The notes beneath the pieces are model-generated. The model was not told the DNA's origin, did no database searches, and saw only the letters and a program-made list of their open reading frames with translations. DNA of 64,000 nucleotides from an uncultured delta proteobacterium (GTDB lineage: Bacteria > Desulfobacterota > Binatia > DP-6): assembly GCA_963815115.1 (NCBI GenBank), contig CAWFFN010000005.1, positions 1,440,001 through 1,504,000 on the forward strand, given 5' to 3'. The translations under genes were made by a program, and so were the position numbers. Below, piece by piece: positions 30,767-41,795 of the stretch; the first letter of the stretch is position 1; each line of letters starts with the position of its first letter.

Positions 30767-31943
30767 GCAGCCGGCGCCTCCGGCGCCGATGGGTCCGCGG
30801 CCTCCACGGCGCAGAGCCGCTCGAGGTGCGCGCCGAGTGCCTCCACGCGGGTCTCCCAGGTCTCGCTCGCCATGGCCCTGCTCCGACGGCTGCGCGCCTC
30901 CGGGCCGCCGTCCCGCAGCGCCGCCTCCACGGCGACGACCAGTTCATCCACGCCGCGAACGATCCGGCAGGAGACGTCGATCGCGGCCACCTCGGGTAGT
31001 GCGGTCGCCACGACCGGGAGGCCCGCGCTCAGGTACTCGCGGAGCTTCACGGGATCGATGTGGCGCGTGTACTCGCCGACGACGAACGGACCAGGCCGAC
31101 CGCACACCCCTTCAGCACCTCCGGAAGACGGGCGTAGGGGAGGCGGCCGAGCAAGTGAACGTTGGGCGTGCCGCGAGCGCGCCCAGGTCGGCGAGCACGG
31201 GGCCCGCCAACACGAGACTCCAGTCGGGCCGGCGATCACCAGCTCCGCGAGCAGTTCGGTGTCGATCCGCCAGTCGAGCAGGCCGACGACCGCGAGCACC
31301 GGCCGAGGCAGGCACGCCACCTCGGCTGCGACCGGGAGATCCGGGTCGAGTGCGCGCGCGAAGTGCGCGTGGTCCACCCCGTGGGGGGCATGGTGAGTGT
31401 GTCGATTCCGTTGCCGCTTCTCCGCCACGAGCGACTGCGAGGTCGCGAACACGACGTCGGCCGCCTGGCAGAGACGCGCCTCGGCCGCGGCCACGCCGCG
31501 CCGTCGTAGTCGGCGAGTGCGCCCAGTCGTCGACGCAGTAGTACACGAGCGGCCGGCCGCCGAGGGCGCGGGCGTGATCGCCGGCGGTGGGTAGGAAGGT
31601 CCACACCTGGAAGCGCTCCATCCCGAGCCGCCGGCATAGTCGCCCGACGGCCACCGGAGCACCCACCGGTTCACCGTCGCGGCCCACCGCGAGTGTGGCA
31701 ACGGCAGCACGAGCGGGCTCGCCACCCACAGATCGGCCTCCACCCGGCGCGCGCCGAGCCGCCGCGCGAGTCGGCGCGCCATGCGGCGCAGATCGCGGCC
31801 GCTGCCCAGGCGCGGCACGCGCATGGCCAGGGACTCCAGCCACAGCACGCGATTGCACTGGGCAAGCAGCCGCATGAGGTGTATGTTGCTGGTCGGATCG
31901 CGTCCCAGTCCTTCGCGAAGCAGACAATGTTCTCTCCGCTCAC
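30763..31943 (-). CDS. GT4-like glycosyltransferase (frameshifted)
   Basis: NIVCFAKDW, YYCVDDW, PHGVD..HF, DPVKLREYLSAGLPVV. Confidence 0.8.
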
Positions 31944-33170
31944 GCGGCCGGCGCCTGCGGCGCCGTAGTCCGTCGGAAGTCGGCCGCTCACGCGGCCTCC
32001 ATGGCGGCCGCGAGGAAGCGTGCGGTGGCCTCGGCGTTGCGCTCCCACGTCATGCCTCACGTCGGCGCGGATCGGCGGGGTCCCGGCGTCGCGCGAGGAC
32101 GTGGCGAGGGCGCCGCGAGCGCGGTCGAATTGCCGGGAGGCACGACAGCCCGCCGGTGGTCAGCAGCGGGCACGTCACCGAGCGGCGTCGCGACGACCGG
32201 CGTCCCGCAGGCGAGCGCCTCGCGCACGACGTTCGGCCCTCGGCCGCGCTCGGAGCACCACGATGTCGGCCGCCCGCATCCACTGGGGGATCGCCGGGTG
32301 CGAGCTTCGCCAGCAGCCGCAGCCAGGAGCCAGCCGCCCGAGGACGCCGCGCTCGAGCCGGGCGTGGAGCGGCCCCAACCCGACCAGCGCGGGACGCATC
32401 GGAACGGCTGGTCCGCGGCGCCAAAGGCCTCGAGCAATGTCGAGTCCTTCCCGTCGGCAAGACATCCGACTATAGGATTCAGCGGGCTCCTCGTCGACGT
32501 GGAGGGCGCGGCTCGCGTCTCGCGCGTCGCCGGATCTGAACAGCCGAGGTCGACGCCGCTGGCAACACCGTACAGGGCGCGCCGCGCCCCTTCCCGGCGA
32601 GCGTGCGCCCGGGCTTGCGCCACCACGGCGACCGCCGCGCAGCGCCGAATCGCCCACCGTGCGAGCCAGCGGACCGTCGCGGACGCGATGCGGGAGGCCA
32701 TCGACGTGGTGCCTCGCCCGAGGCAGGCGACGGGCACGCCCAGCCGGCGCCCGAGCAGCACCGCGGCCAGCCGATCGGCGAGCACGGCCTGCGCGAAGAG
32801 GACGTCGGACTGCCCCTCGCGCGGCAGCGCGGCGACCGGGTCACCGCCCCGAGCGCCATGGCAGACCCCTGCCCACGGTCCCATGCGTGGCACCAGCAGA
32901 TAGCGCGGAACAGCAGGCGCAGTCCGTCGATCTCGGCTCGTCGGCGTGCGCGGCGTACGGGCCCAGCCGCCGCCCGGCCCCTCGAGCGCAGAGGCGCCCA
33001 TGGCGTCGGGACGACCACCACGACCGGGACGCGGGCGGAGGGAGAGCGCCGGGCGCACGTGCACCGGGTCGACCCGGCCTCGCGTCCAGGGAAGGCCGAC
33101 CGAGAAGGACGACGTGATGCTCATCGGTCCGGCTCCCGGAACTCATGTCGAGGGCATCGACCCCTGTCAC
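31940..33170 (-). CDS. GT4 glycosyltransferase, heavily frameshifted
   Basis: Fragments SGVD, WMRAADIVVL, PNVVREALACGTPVVATPLGDVP, VPPGN..ALA. Boundaries are approximate. Confidence 0.6.
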
Positions 33171-33876
33171 GACTCATCATCCCTCCCCTGTCTGCTGGTG
33201 TTCGAGCTCGTGAGGCGGGCGCGGCCACCGATCCGGTCGGATGGCCGCGCCCGCCGCCCGCCCGTCGGAGCGCCGCAGACACGGCGGCCCGGGCCACGTG
33301 GGACCCCGGTCCGCGTCACGATGGCGAGGCGTCCAGACCGTGCGTCGTTCAGGTAGGCGAGGGGTGCCGGCTTTCCGGCAGCACCACCTCCGATAGGCGC
33401 GCTCGGGATCGGCGAACGTCGCGAGGGTGCACTCCTCGATCGCCCAGGCGAGCGACGCGGGGTCGTTGAGGCCGGGGCGGGCCGAAGACCGCGCGCTGCG
33501 CGTCCGTGTACCGCGCCACGTAGTGCGGCGGCTCGGGACGCGGCCCCGCCAGGCTCATGTCGCCGCAGATCAGTTCCAGAGCTGCGGCGGCTCGTCCAGC
33601 TTCGCGCGCCGGAGCCGCGCGCCGAGCGGCGTGATGCGCGGATCGGCGCCCGCATGATCGCGGGGCCCGTCCGCGGAGCGCCGCCGCGCATGGTGCGGAG
33701 CTTCAGCAGGACAATGGCCGCCAGGCGGCCGATCCGGTATGCCGGAAGAGGCCGGGTCCGCGACGTCGCCCGCACGAGCAGCGCGAGGACCGCGAGAAGC
33801 GGCGCGAGGGCACCAGGAGCAGGCCCGCGAGGTCAGGTCGAGCAGGCGGCGGAGCAAGTCATCGGCGAAAGCGCAT
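33167..33876 (-). CDS. priming sugar transferase (polyprenyl-phosphate glycosylphosphotransferase), heavily frameshifted
   Basis: LRRLLDL, RIGR, LLKLRTM, DPRITPLGARLRRAKLDE.PQLWN, MSLAGPRPE. Confidence 0.75.
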
Positions 33877-33886
33877 GGCGCGGCTC

Positions 33887-35109
33887 CTAGCGGCGGGCCT
33901 GCGCGTCACGTCGGCCACGGCGGCAACAACATCGTCGACGTCGCGGTCCGACATCGCGGGGTAGAGCGGAAGGCTCACGACCCGACTCCAGGCCGCTTCC
34001 GTCCCCAGGAACTGGCCGCGGACGGTAGCCCCACGCCTTCGTTAGTACGGATCGGAGGTGCAGCGGAATGAAGTGCACGCTCGTCCCGACGTTGCGGGCG
34101 CGTAGCTCGTCGATGAAGCCGTCACGGACGATCCGCAGGACGCCGGTGCGCAGCCGGATCATGTACCAGGTGCCAGGCGTGCGTCGCCGTCGGCGGTGCG
34201 TGCGGCGGCAGCTCGACGGCGTCGAGGTGCGCGACGGCGCGTCGTAGTGCGCGGCGAGTCGGCAGCGCCGGCGTCGCGCAACCCGTACAAGCGCCGCAAG
34301 CTGCACCAGGCCGAGGTCGCCGCATGTCGGTCAGTGTTGTACTTGAAGCCCGGGTAGGGGACCTCGTAGCGCCAGGTGCCCGTCGCCGCTGTAGCGCTTC
34401 CAGGCGTCGCGGCTGATGCCGTGCAGGCGGCGCATGCGGACGCCGCTCGGCGCAGCTCGGCGTCGCGTCGTCACCAGCATGCCGCCTTCGCCGGTGGTGA
34501 GGTTCTTGGTGGCGTAGAAGCTGAAGGCCGTCAGCGTGCCGAGCGTGCCGACATGCGCCCGCGGTAGCGCGCCGGCAGCGCGTGCGCCGCGTCCTCGATC
34601 ACCGGCAGGCCGCCGCTCGCGCGCCAGCGCGAGGATCGCGTCCATGTCGCAGGGATGGCCGGCGAAGTGCACCGGCATGATCGCCTTCGTGCGCGGCGTG
34701 CACTTGCGGGCGACGTCCGCGACGCTCGATGTTGAGCGTGTCCGGCTCGCAGTCGACGAGCACCGGGCGCGCGCCGACATGGATGACGGCGTCGGCGGTC
34801 GACGCGAAGGTGTAGGCGTGGAACGATGACGTCGTCGCCCGCGCCGATGCCGAGCGCGTGGAGCGCGAGATGGAGGCCGGCGGTGCCGGAGCTGACGGCG
34901 AGCGCGTGCGGCACGCCCAGGAGCGCGGCGAATGCCTGTTCGAACCGCCCGGTCTTCGGGCCCATGGTCAGCCAGCCCGAGCGCAGCGTGTCGACCACCT
35001 CGGCGATCTCTTCCTCGCCGATCGAGGGCCGGTGGAACGGCAGCCAGGCCGCTGGTCCCGCGGCGGGCGCATCGCTCTCGTGGCGTGCGAGCTCGGTGGC
35101 GCGTCTCAT
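33887..35109 (-). CDS. DegT/DnrJ/EryC1/StrS sugar aminotransferase (frameshifted)
   Basis: [56 protein letters not shown]. Confidence 0.9.
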
Positions 35110-36108
35110 GGCTGTACCGTGGGCGCGGTCGCAGGAATGCGGCTCGCAACGGCGGCCGGCGCGACCATCCGGGGTCCGGCGGTCCGGGCGAGTCCCTGCG
35201 CAAGCTCGATGCTCGGGGACCAGCCGAGCGCCTGCGCGAGTGGCCCGGTTTCGTAGCGCACCGACTGCGTCGCCCAGGCGAGGCGGTAGGCGAGGGCGCG
35301 TGCAGTCCGCGGGCTCGGGAGGCCCGCGATCCGGCGCAGCAGGCGTGCGGCGGGGACGTAGACCGGCTCGAGACGCTCGCCACGCGCGGCACTCCAGTGC
35401 GCCAGATACTCGGCCTGCGTCGGCATCCCGGGTCCCACGAGGTCGAGTGGCTCGACGGGCGCGCCGTGGCTGCGCAGCGCACGCACGACGGCCTCGGCGA
35501 CGTCGCGCACGTGCACCAGCGGCAGCAGCATTCCCGGCGAGCCGAGGACGAGAAGCAGCGGGCCGACGGGCCGCCGGGCGACCGGGCAACGAAGTCGCGC
35601 CGCCCTCCGTAGACGATGCCGGGGCGGAGCACGACGGTGTCGAGCCCGCCGTGGCGATACAGCTCGACCCAGCGCTCGGCCCCGATCTTCGACCACGCGT
35701 AGTCATAGCGCAGCTCGGGAAAGGATCGTAGCCGTCCGCGGGGCGGACGACCTGCCCGTCGCCCTTGCGGCCGTAGACCGCCACGGTGCTCAGGTGCACC
35801 ACGCGGCCGACGCGCGCGCGCTCGGCCGCCGCGAGCAGGGCGTGCGTTCCCCCGACGTTGACTCGGCAGTGGAGCGCCCGCCCGCCGTCTCCGAGATGCG
35901 CCGCACAGTGCACGACGGCGTCCATGCCCGCCACCGCGTGCTCCAGCGTCTGCGGCGCCGTGAGGTCGCCGCGCGCCACCTCGACCGTGCGCGGCAGGCG
36001 GTCGGATTGGGAGCGACAGAGCGCCCGCACCGCCACGCCGTCGGCGAGCAGGCGAGTCGTCACGTACCGGCCGACGTCGCCCGTGGCGCCCGTGACGAGC
36101 ACCTTCAT
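35106..36108 (-). CDS. NAD-dependent epimerase/dehydratase (frameshifted)
   Basis: [35 protein letters not shown]. Confidence 0.85.
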
Positions 36109-37163
36109 GCCGGCACACTCCGGGCGCTCGCGAGGGCGTCCCCCGCACGCAGGCACGCGAGGATCGCCTCCAGCGCAGCCACCACCGCCGCGCCCTCCTG
36201 GAACGGGACGGGCGGGGGGAGCCCGTCGCGCAGGCTGCGGTGGAAGGCGGCGATCAGCGCGCGCGATGCCGGGATAGCCCCGCAGGCGGCCGGTCGCCTT
36301 GCCGAGCGCACGATCCACGACGCCCAGCGCCGTCTGCGCGGCGGTCGCGGCGGCGACGCGGAGCTGCGTCATCCGCCGGCCGGCGCCGGGCGTGACCTGG
36401 GCCAGCACGGCCCGCTGGCGCGCGAGATCCACGCGGATCGTGCCCTCCTCGCCGCGCAGCACGACGCCGAGCTCCCACGGCGTGGCGGCGAGCGAGACAC
36501 GCAGGGCAGCGAGGCCGCGCGTGCAGGCGAGGGTGACGCCCAGGTCCGTCCGGCCCACGGGTCCCGGGCGTCGCACGCCGCCACGCGCTCGACGTCGCCC
36601 ACGAAGTGGCGCGCGAGGTAGATGGCGTGCGGAGAACGTCCGTGAAACGGCCGCCCGGCAGCGTCCTGACCCAGGGGCCGGGCCGCGTACCTGCCGGAAG
36701 CGATTCGACGCCGTAGAAGATGTCGGCAGCCAGCACGCGACCGATGCGGCCGGTGCTCACCCAGCCGCGCGCCGTCAGCATGCAGGGCTCGAAGAGGAAG
36801 TTGTGGTCGACGCAGAGCGCTCCCGGCCGCCGGCGCAGCGCGGCAGCGACCAGCGCTGTCTCCGTGCGCGAGAGGGCGAGCGGCTTCTCGACCAGCACCG
36901 CGGCGCCCGCCGACAGCGCCCGGATCGCCAGCTCGGCGTGCGTGCCGGGAGGCGTGCAGACGTGGACCACGTCGGGGCGTTCGGCCGCGAGGCAGTCGTC
37001 CATGGTCCCGGTACGCGGCGCCGCCTCCGAACGACGCAGCGGTGCGCCGCGCGGCGTCCAGGTCGGGATCGCTGAACACGAGCGGCGCGCCGGCCCCGAG
37101 GCCGCGCACGGCAGCGGCGTGCGTCGCTCCGATGCGGCCGCATCCCACGACGGCGACCTTCAT
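36105..37163 (-). CDS. Gfo/Idh/MocA oxidoreductase (frameshifted)
   Basis: [32 protein letters not shown]. Confidence 0.85.
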
Positions 37164-38157
37164 GTCCGCGCCTCGGGCGGGGTCATCCCGGATGTGCCGC
37201 TGCACGCGGCGCCCGCCACGCCGAATTCCGTTGGAAGTCCGCCGCTCACGCGGCCTCCGCATCCCGCGCCTGACGGGGGACGCACACCGCATCGCCAGCG
37301 GAGCCAGCCGCTCAGCTCTCCGGCCCAGCGCACCATCTCGGGCAGCGGAGCGCGCCCGGGATCACCCCGGCCGCCCGGACCGGTCACGAGCACGCGCAGT
37401 CCGCTCCGTAGCATCTCGCGGCCGAGGAAGGCGGCCGTGCGCAGCGACGGGTACGGCGCATAGTGCCCCCAGCGCTCGGCGAGGAGGCAGTTCGCGAGCG
37501 CGTTCTTCTGGTAGAGGGTGAACAGCCCGCGCCACGTCGTGCGATGACGGTGCCGCACGACTGCGGTGGCCTCGTAGACCAGCCGCAGCCCCGTGCTGCG
37601 CTGCACGCGCCAGCAGAAGTCCAGATCGCCGCCGAAGACGCACGCGGCGTCGAATCCGCCGACGGTGTCGAACACCACCCGCGGGCACGCGGCATTGGCG
37701 GTCTGTGCAAATGGTAGGACCGGGTGGCGGACGGTGCGCTCGGCGCGCAGTGCGCGCACCGCCTGGTAGCGCTCGACGAGCCGGTCGGCGCGCCACGCCT
37801 CGATGGACCCGGCGGCGAGGCCGACGCGGTGGTCCTCGAAGGCGGCGGCGAGGGCGCGGACCCAGTTCGGGTCAGGCACGCAGTCCGCGTCCGTGAAGGC
37901 CAGCAGGTCGCCGTGCGACGCCGCGACGCCGCGGTTACGCGCGGCGTAGGAGCTCTGGACGCGGTCTCCTCGAGGAGGCGCACGGGGTACTCGGCGACCA
38001 CGGCCCGCGTGGCGTCGGTGGAGCGGTTGTCGACCACGATCAACTCGAGCGCCTCGCGCGGCCAGTCCTGTGCCAGCAGCGCCTCGAGGCACGTCCGGAT
38101 GGTCGCCTCGCCGTCGCGCACGGGCACCACCACGGCCACCGTCGGCAGCTCAGGCAC
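37160..38157 (-). CDS. GT2 glycosyltransferase (frameshifted)
   Basis: VAVVVPVRD, VVDNRSTD, ARNRG, FTDADC, GGDLDFCWR. Confidence 0.85.
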
Positions 38158-38947
38158 CGACCGCCTCCGGGGCCTCCGGCGGCTGCACGCTCCCCGCGAG
38201 CGCCTCGGCGCGGCGGCGATAGCGCGTGAGCGCGTCGGGCAGATCATCGCGTCCCTCGTGCTCGACGGCGAGCATGCCGGCATACCCGGCGGCGCGCAGC
38301 GCCGACGCGAACGCATCCAGTCCGTCGCGCGGCCCCGGCAGCGACGGCTCCATGTGATGGCGCTTGCGTAGCTGGCGGAGCAGGCGCGCGGCGATGGCCG
38401 GCCGCCGCACCACCTTCAGGTGCACGTGCAGCACGCGCGGGCCGAGCAGGCGTGCCGCCGCCGCCAGGTCGCAGCCGAGGAAGGCGAAGTGGCCCGTATC
38501 GATGGCGGCGCCCACGGCGGGGGAGCAGGCGTCGAGCGCGGCCAGGACGTCGCGCGGGCTGGCGATCTCCGTGTACCAGTGATTCTCCAGCCCGAAGCGG
38601 ACGCCCTGGCGCTGTGCGCGCGCGTCGGCGACCGGCACGGCCGTGCGATCGAGCACGCCGGTCACGAGGTGCACACCCAGCTCGCGGGCGAAGTCGAATG
38701 CGCGAGCGAGGCGATCCTCCACCACGCGCGGCCGCAGCCCGAAGAGACCGCCGATGCAGTACGCGCGGAGCACGACGCCGCAGCAAGCAGCCTCGGCCGC
38801 CACCTGACGTGCCGAGATGCCGATGCTCAGGTAGTTGGCGTGTCCGACCCACAGCTCGGCCGCCGTGAAGTCGAGCGCGCGCAACTGGGCGAGGGCCTCG
38901 GACCCGACGAGGTGGCGGAGGCTGTAGGTGTTGCAGCCCACTTCCAT
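38150..38947 (-). CDS. sugar phosphate isomerase/epimerase (xylose-isomerase-like TIM barrel)
   Basis: GLENH, IDTGH, HVHLK, AVEHE metal-ligand pattern. Confidence 0.8.
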   Translation of the reverse strand: MEVGCNTYSLRHLVGSEALAQLRALDFTAAELWVGHANYLSIGISARQVAAEAACCGVVLRAYCIGGLFGLRPRVVEDRLARAFDFARELGVHLVTGVLDRTAVPVADARAQRQGVRFGLENHWYTEIASPRDVLAALDACSPAVGAAIDTGHFAFLGCDLAAAARLLGPRVLHVHLKVVRRPAIAARLLRQLRKRHHMEPSLPGPRDGLDAFASALRAAGYAGMLAVEHEGRDDLPDALTRYRRRAEALAGSVQPPEAPEAVGA

Positions 38948-38948
38948 G

Positions 38949-39963
38949 CTACGGCCCCTCCTGGTCATGCGCTCGCTCATGGCTCTCGACCTTCGGGGCG
39001 GTGCCCTTCGACCGCCACGGCGTCGGGGTCCACCAGCTCCACTCCACGCAGCGCTCGCAGGCGGGCGCGGTAAAGTTGCCGTCGCGATGCATGCGGCGAA
39101 GGGCCTGCATGGCGGGGCCGTTCCAGGCCCGGAGCACCCCGTCCTGCACGTTGCCGAGCGGCGTCTTCAGGTCGTAGTCGCGCTCGCACGACGCCAGCGT
39201 GCCGTCCCAGAAGACGTAGGCATGGTACCAGAGATTGGGGCACGGGAGGCGGCGCATCGGGAGGGACTCCCGGTCGGTGCGATGCTCGGTGATGGCGTCG
39301 ACCTGGTCGCCCCAGGTGTCGAGGTGTTTCACGTTCACCTGCTCGACCTCGGGACGCTGCCAGCGGGCCAGGAAGGCCTCGACGTCGTCCCGGGTCTCGT
39401 TCATGGCGATGATCTGCATCACCACCCGGGTCGTGGCACCGGTACGCGCCTTGCGCTCGAGGAACCGATCGACGTTGCGCAGCACGCGGTCCCACTTCGC
39501 GTTCACGCGGACGCGCTCGTAGGTCTCCTTGGTCGCGCCGTCCATGGCGAGATAGAGCACGTCGAGTCCGGCATCGAGCACCTGGCGGCCGCGTTCCTCG
39601 TCGAGCAGCGTGATGTTCGTCGAGGTCTCCATGCGGATGCCCGCGCGCTTGCCGTAGCGAATCATGTCGAAGAGCTGGGGGTGCATGAGCGGCTCTCCCC
39701 ACGGAGTGGAGCACCGCCGAGCCGACCAAGGGGCCGATCTCGTCGACCACGCGCCGGTAGAGGTCCATCGCCATGTATCCCTTCGGCCTCCGGATCACGC
39801 CGAGCCCCGTCGGACACATGATGCACTTCAGGTTGCAGTGGTTCGTGGACTCGACGTAGATGCGATCGGGAAAGATCGGACCCGCACTGCGCGCGGTCGC
39901 GTACGTCGCGTACTTGACCGGCATGTTCAGCGTCGTCCGGACCGCCTTGACCCACCGCCGCAT
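38949..39963 (-). CDS. radical SAM protein with SPASM/twitch domain (frameshift near 39700)
   Basis: ESTNHCNLKCIMC, GEPLMHP, C-terminal CPNLW..DG..C..LGN..WNG..CERC. Confidence 0.88.
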
Positions 39964-40003
39964 GCGTCCGGATCGCGTTGCGCTTCGTTCATCGGGCCAT
40001 CCC

Positions 40004-40764
40004 TCAAGCGACCGCCACCTGCTCGAGTCGGCGGCGCGGTGCGGCGGCCACGTGCGGCACGTGCAGACGCTTCTCCGCCCGCACGAAGAGGTAGCGGGCG
40101 AACAGCGACGGGCGCAGACGGACGAGCGTGGGGTAGATCGCGTGCACGACGCGTGCGATGCCGCGGGCGTAGAACCACCGCGGGTAGAGGCCGCGACACC
40201 AGAGTCCGCGTGGCCCAGCAGCTCGCGCACCTCGAGGCCGTTGCGCTCGCAGTGCCGCCGCAGCTCCGCGGCCGTCAGGTGGCGGATGTGGTACGGGTCG
40301 GTCGGCTTCCGGGATGTAGGGGAATCGCCCGGCGAGGAGCCACAGGCGATATCGCCAGTGCGCCGTGTTCGGCTCCATCCAGATGAATTTCCCGCCCAGC
40401 CGGAGCACACGGACGCACTCGGCGACGTTGTCGTCGAGATAGAAGAGGTGCTCGAGGTTCGAGTTGCAGACGACGGTGTCGAAGTGCTGGTCGGGGAAGG
40501 GCAGCGTCATGGTGTCGAGGTCGACCTGCCAGGAAGGATGCCGCGCCGGGCGGTGCGCTCCGCGCCGACGCGGGAGACGTCGGTCCCGATGACCTCCGCG
40601 CCGCGGTCGCGCAGCAGCTTCGCCAGGAAGCCCGGGCCGCAGCCGGCCTCGAGGAGGCGCTCGCCGGGTTCGACGCGGCTCGTGATCATGCGCAGCCGGT
40701 CGAAGTCGACCTCGCCCTCGGGTAGCTCGGTCCAGTGGCGGTCGTAGTAGTCACACAGGTCCAT
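40004..40764 (-). CDS. class I SAM-dependent methyltransferase (frameshifted)
   Basis: LEAGCGPG, LPFPDQHFD, LEHL, RVLR.GG, PN.AHWRYRL. Confidence 0.8.
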
Positions 40765-40772
40765 CCTCAGCT

Positions 40773-41795
40773 TCAACGGCAGATCCGAGCGTACGCCTCG
40801 GCGATGGATTCCCACGCGCGCCTGCGCGCGGCGGCTGCCGCGCGTTGCTGCCACGATTCCAGGTCCGCGACCGCGGCTGCGGCCGCGAGCGCCGCGCGCA
40901 GCGCGCCCGGCGCGTCCGGGTCGTAGGCGATGGCACACCCTTCGCGCTCGAGCTCTCCCAGGCAGCCGCGGCGCGGTACCACCAGCGGCCGGGCGAAGGA
41001 GAGCGCCAGCAACGCGCCACCCGACGTGAGGACGTCGCGATACGGCAGCACAACGAAGTCGGCGGCCTTCAAGAACCGCTGCACGTCCGGATCGGGGACG
41101 AAGTCCAGGTGCGTGCGGACCCGTGCATCGCGCTGCGCGGCGGCGAGGACACCCAGCGCGTCGGCGTCCGTCGCTGGCCGTCCCGGCGACCACCAGCCGC
41201 AGCCGGGGATCGTGCAGGTCGGCGAACGCCTCCAGCAACGCGTCGACGCCCTTGTAACCGCGCAGCTGGCCGAAGCACACGAAGACGCGGTCCTTGCGGC
41301 CAGCCCCAGCTTCCGACGGGCCACGGTGGCCGGGAGGTCGTCCGGATAGCAGCCGATGTAGTGCCCGTGCGGCACGACGGCCGGTGGCCGGCGGCTCCGC
41401 GGGATCGCGGCGCGCGCTGCTTCCGCGTGCACCACCAGCCGGGTCGAGCGAACGAGGAACCAGCGCAGCACCCGGTCGACGGGATGGGTCTCGTGCGGCA
41501 GCGCGTTGTGGACAGTCCACACCACGCGGTAGCGCAGCAGGCGCGCGAGCAGCACGGCTGCCACGAAGGCGCTCACGCTGCGCGCCGTCGGCCGGCCTCC
41601 CGAGCGGTAGTAGAACTCCGGCCAGTGCAGGTGGAGGACCTTGACCGCGCGGGCGTGGCGCACGAGCCACCGGGGCGACAGCTCGGCACCGGCAGCGACC
41701 GCGACGCCGCGGGCGGCAAGGCTCCGGTACAGGAGATCGCAGTAGGGGTTGCCGCGCACGCTGCGCGGGAAGGCGGCGACTGCGGCGCGACTCAT
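40773..41795 (-). CDS. GT4 glycosyltransferase (compensating frameshifts)
   Basis: GNPY..LL, HLHW, WTVHN, PHG.Y, FGQLRGYKG, VVLPY..LTSG. Confidence 0.85.
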   Translation of the reverse strand: MSRAAVAAFPRSVRGNPYCDLLYRSLAARGVAVAAGAELSPRWLVRHARAVKVLHLHWPEFYYRSGGRPTARSVSAFVAAVLLARLLRYRVVWTVHNALPHETHPVDRVLRWFLVRSTRLVVHAEAARAAIPRSRRPPAVVPHGHYIGCYPDDLPATVARRKLGLAARTASSCASASCAVTRASTRCWRRSPTCTIPGCGWWSPGRPATDADALGVLAAAQRDARVRTHLDFVPDPDVQRFLKAADFVVLPYRDVLTSGGALLALSFARPLVVPRRGCLGELEREGCAIAYDPDAPGALRAALAAAAAVADLESWQQRAAAAARRRAWESIAEAYARICR

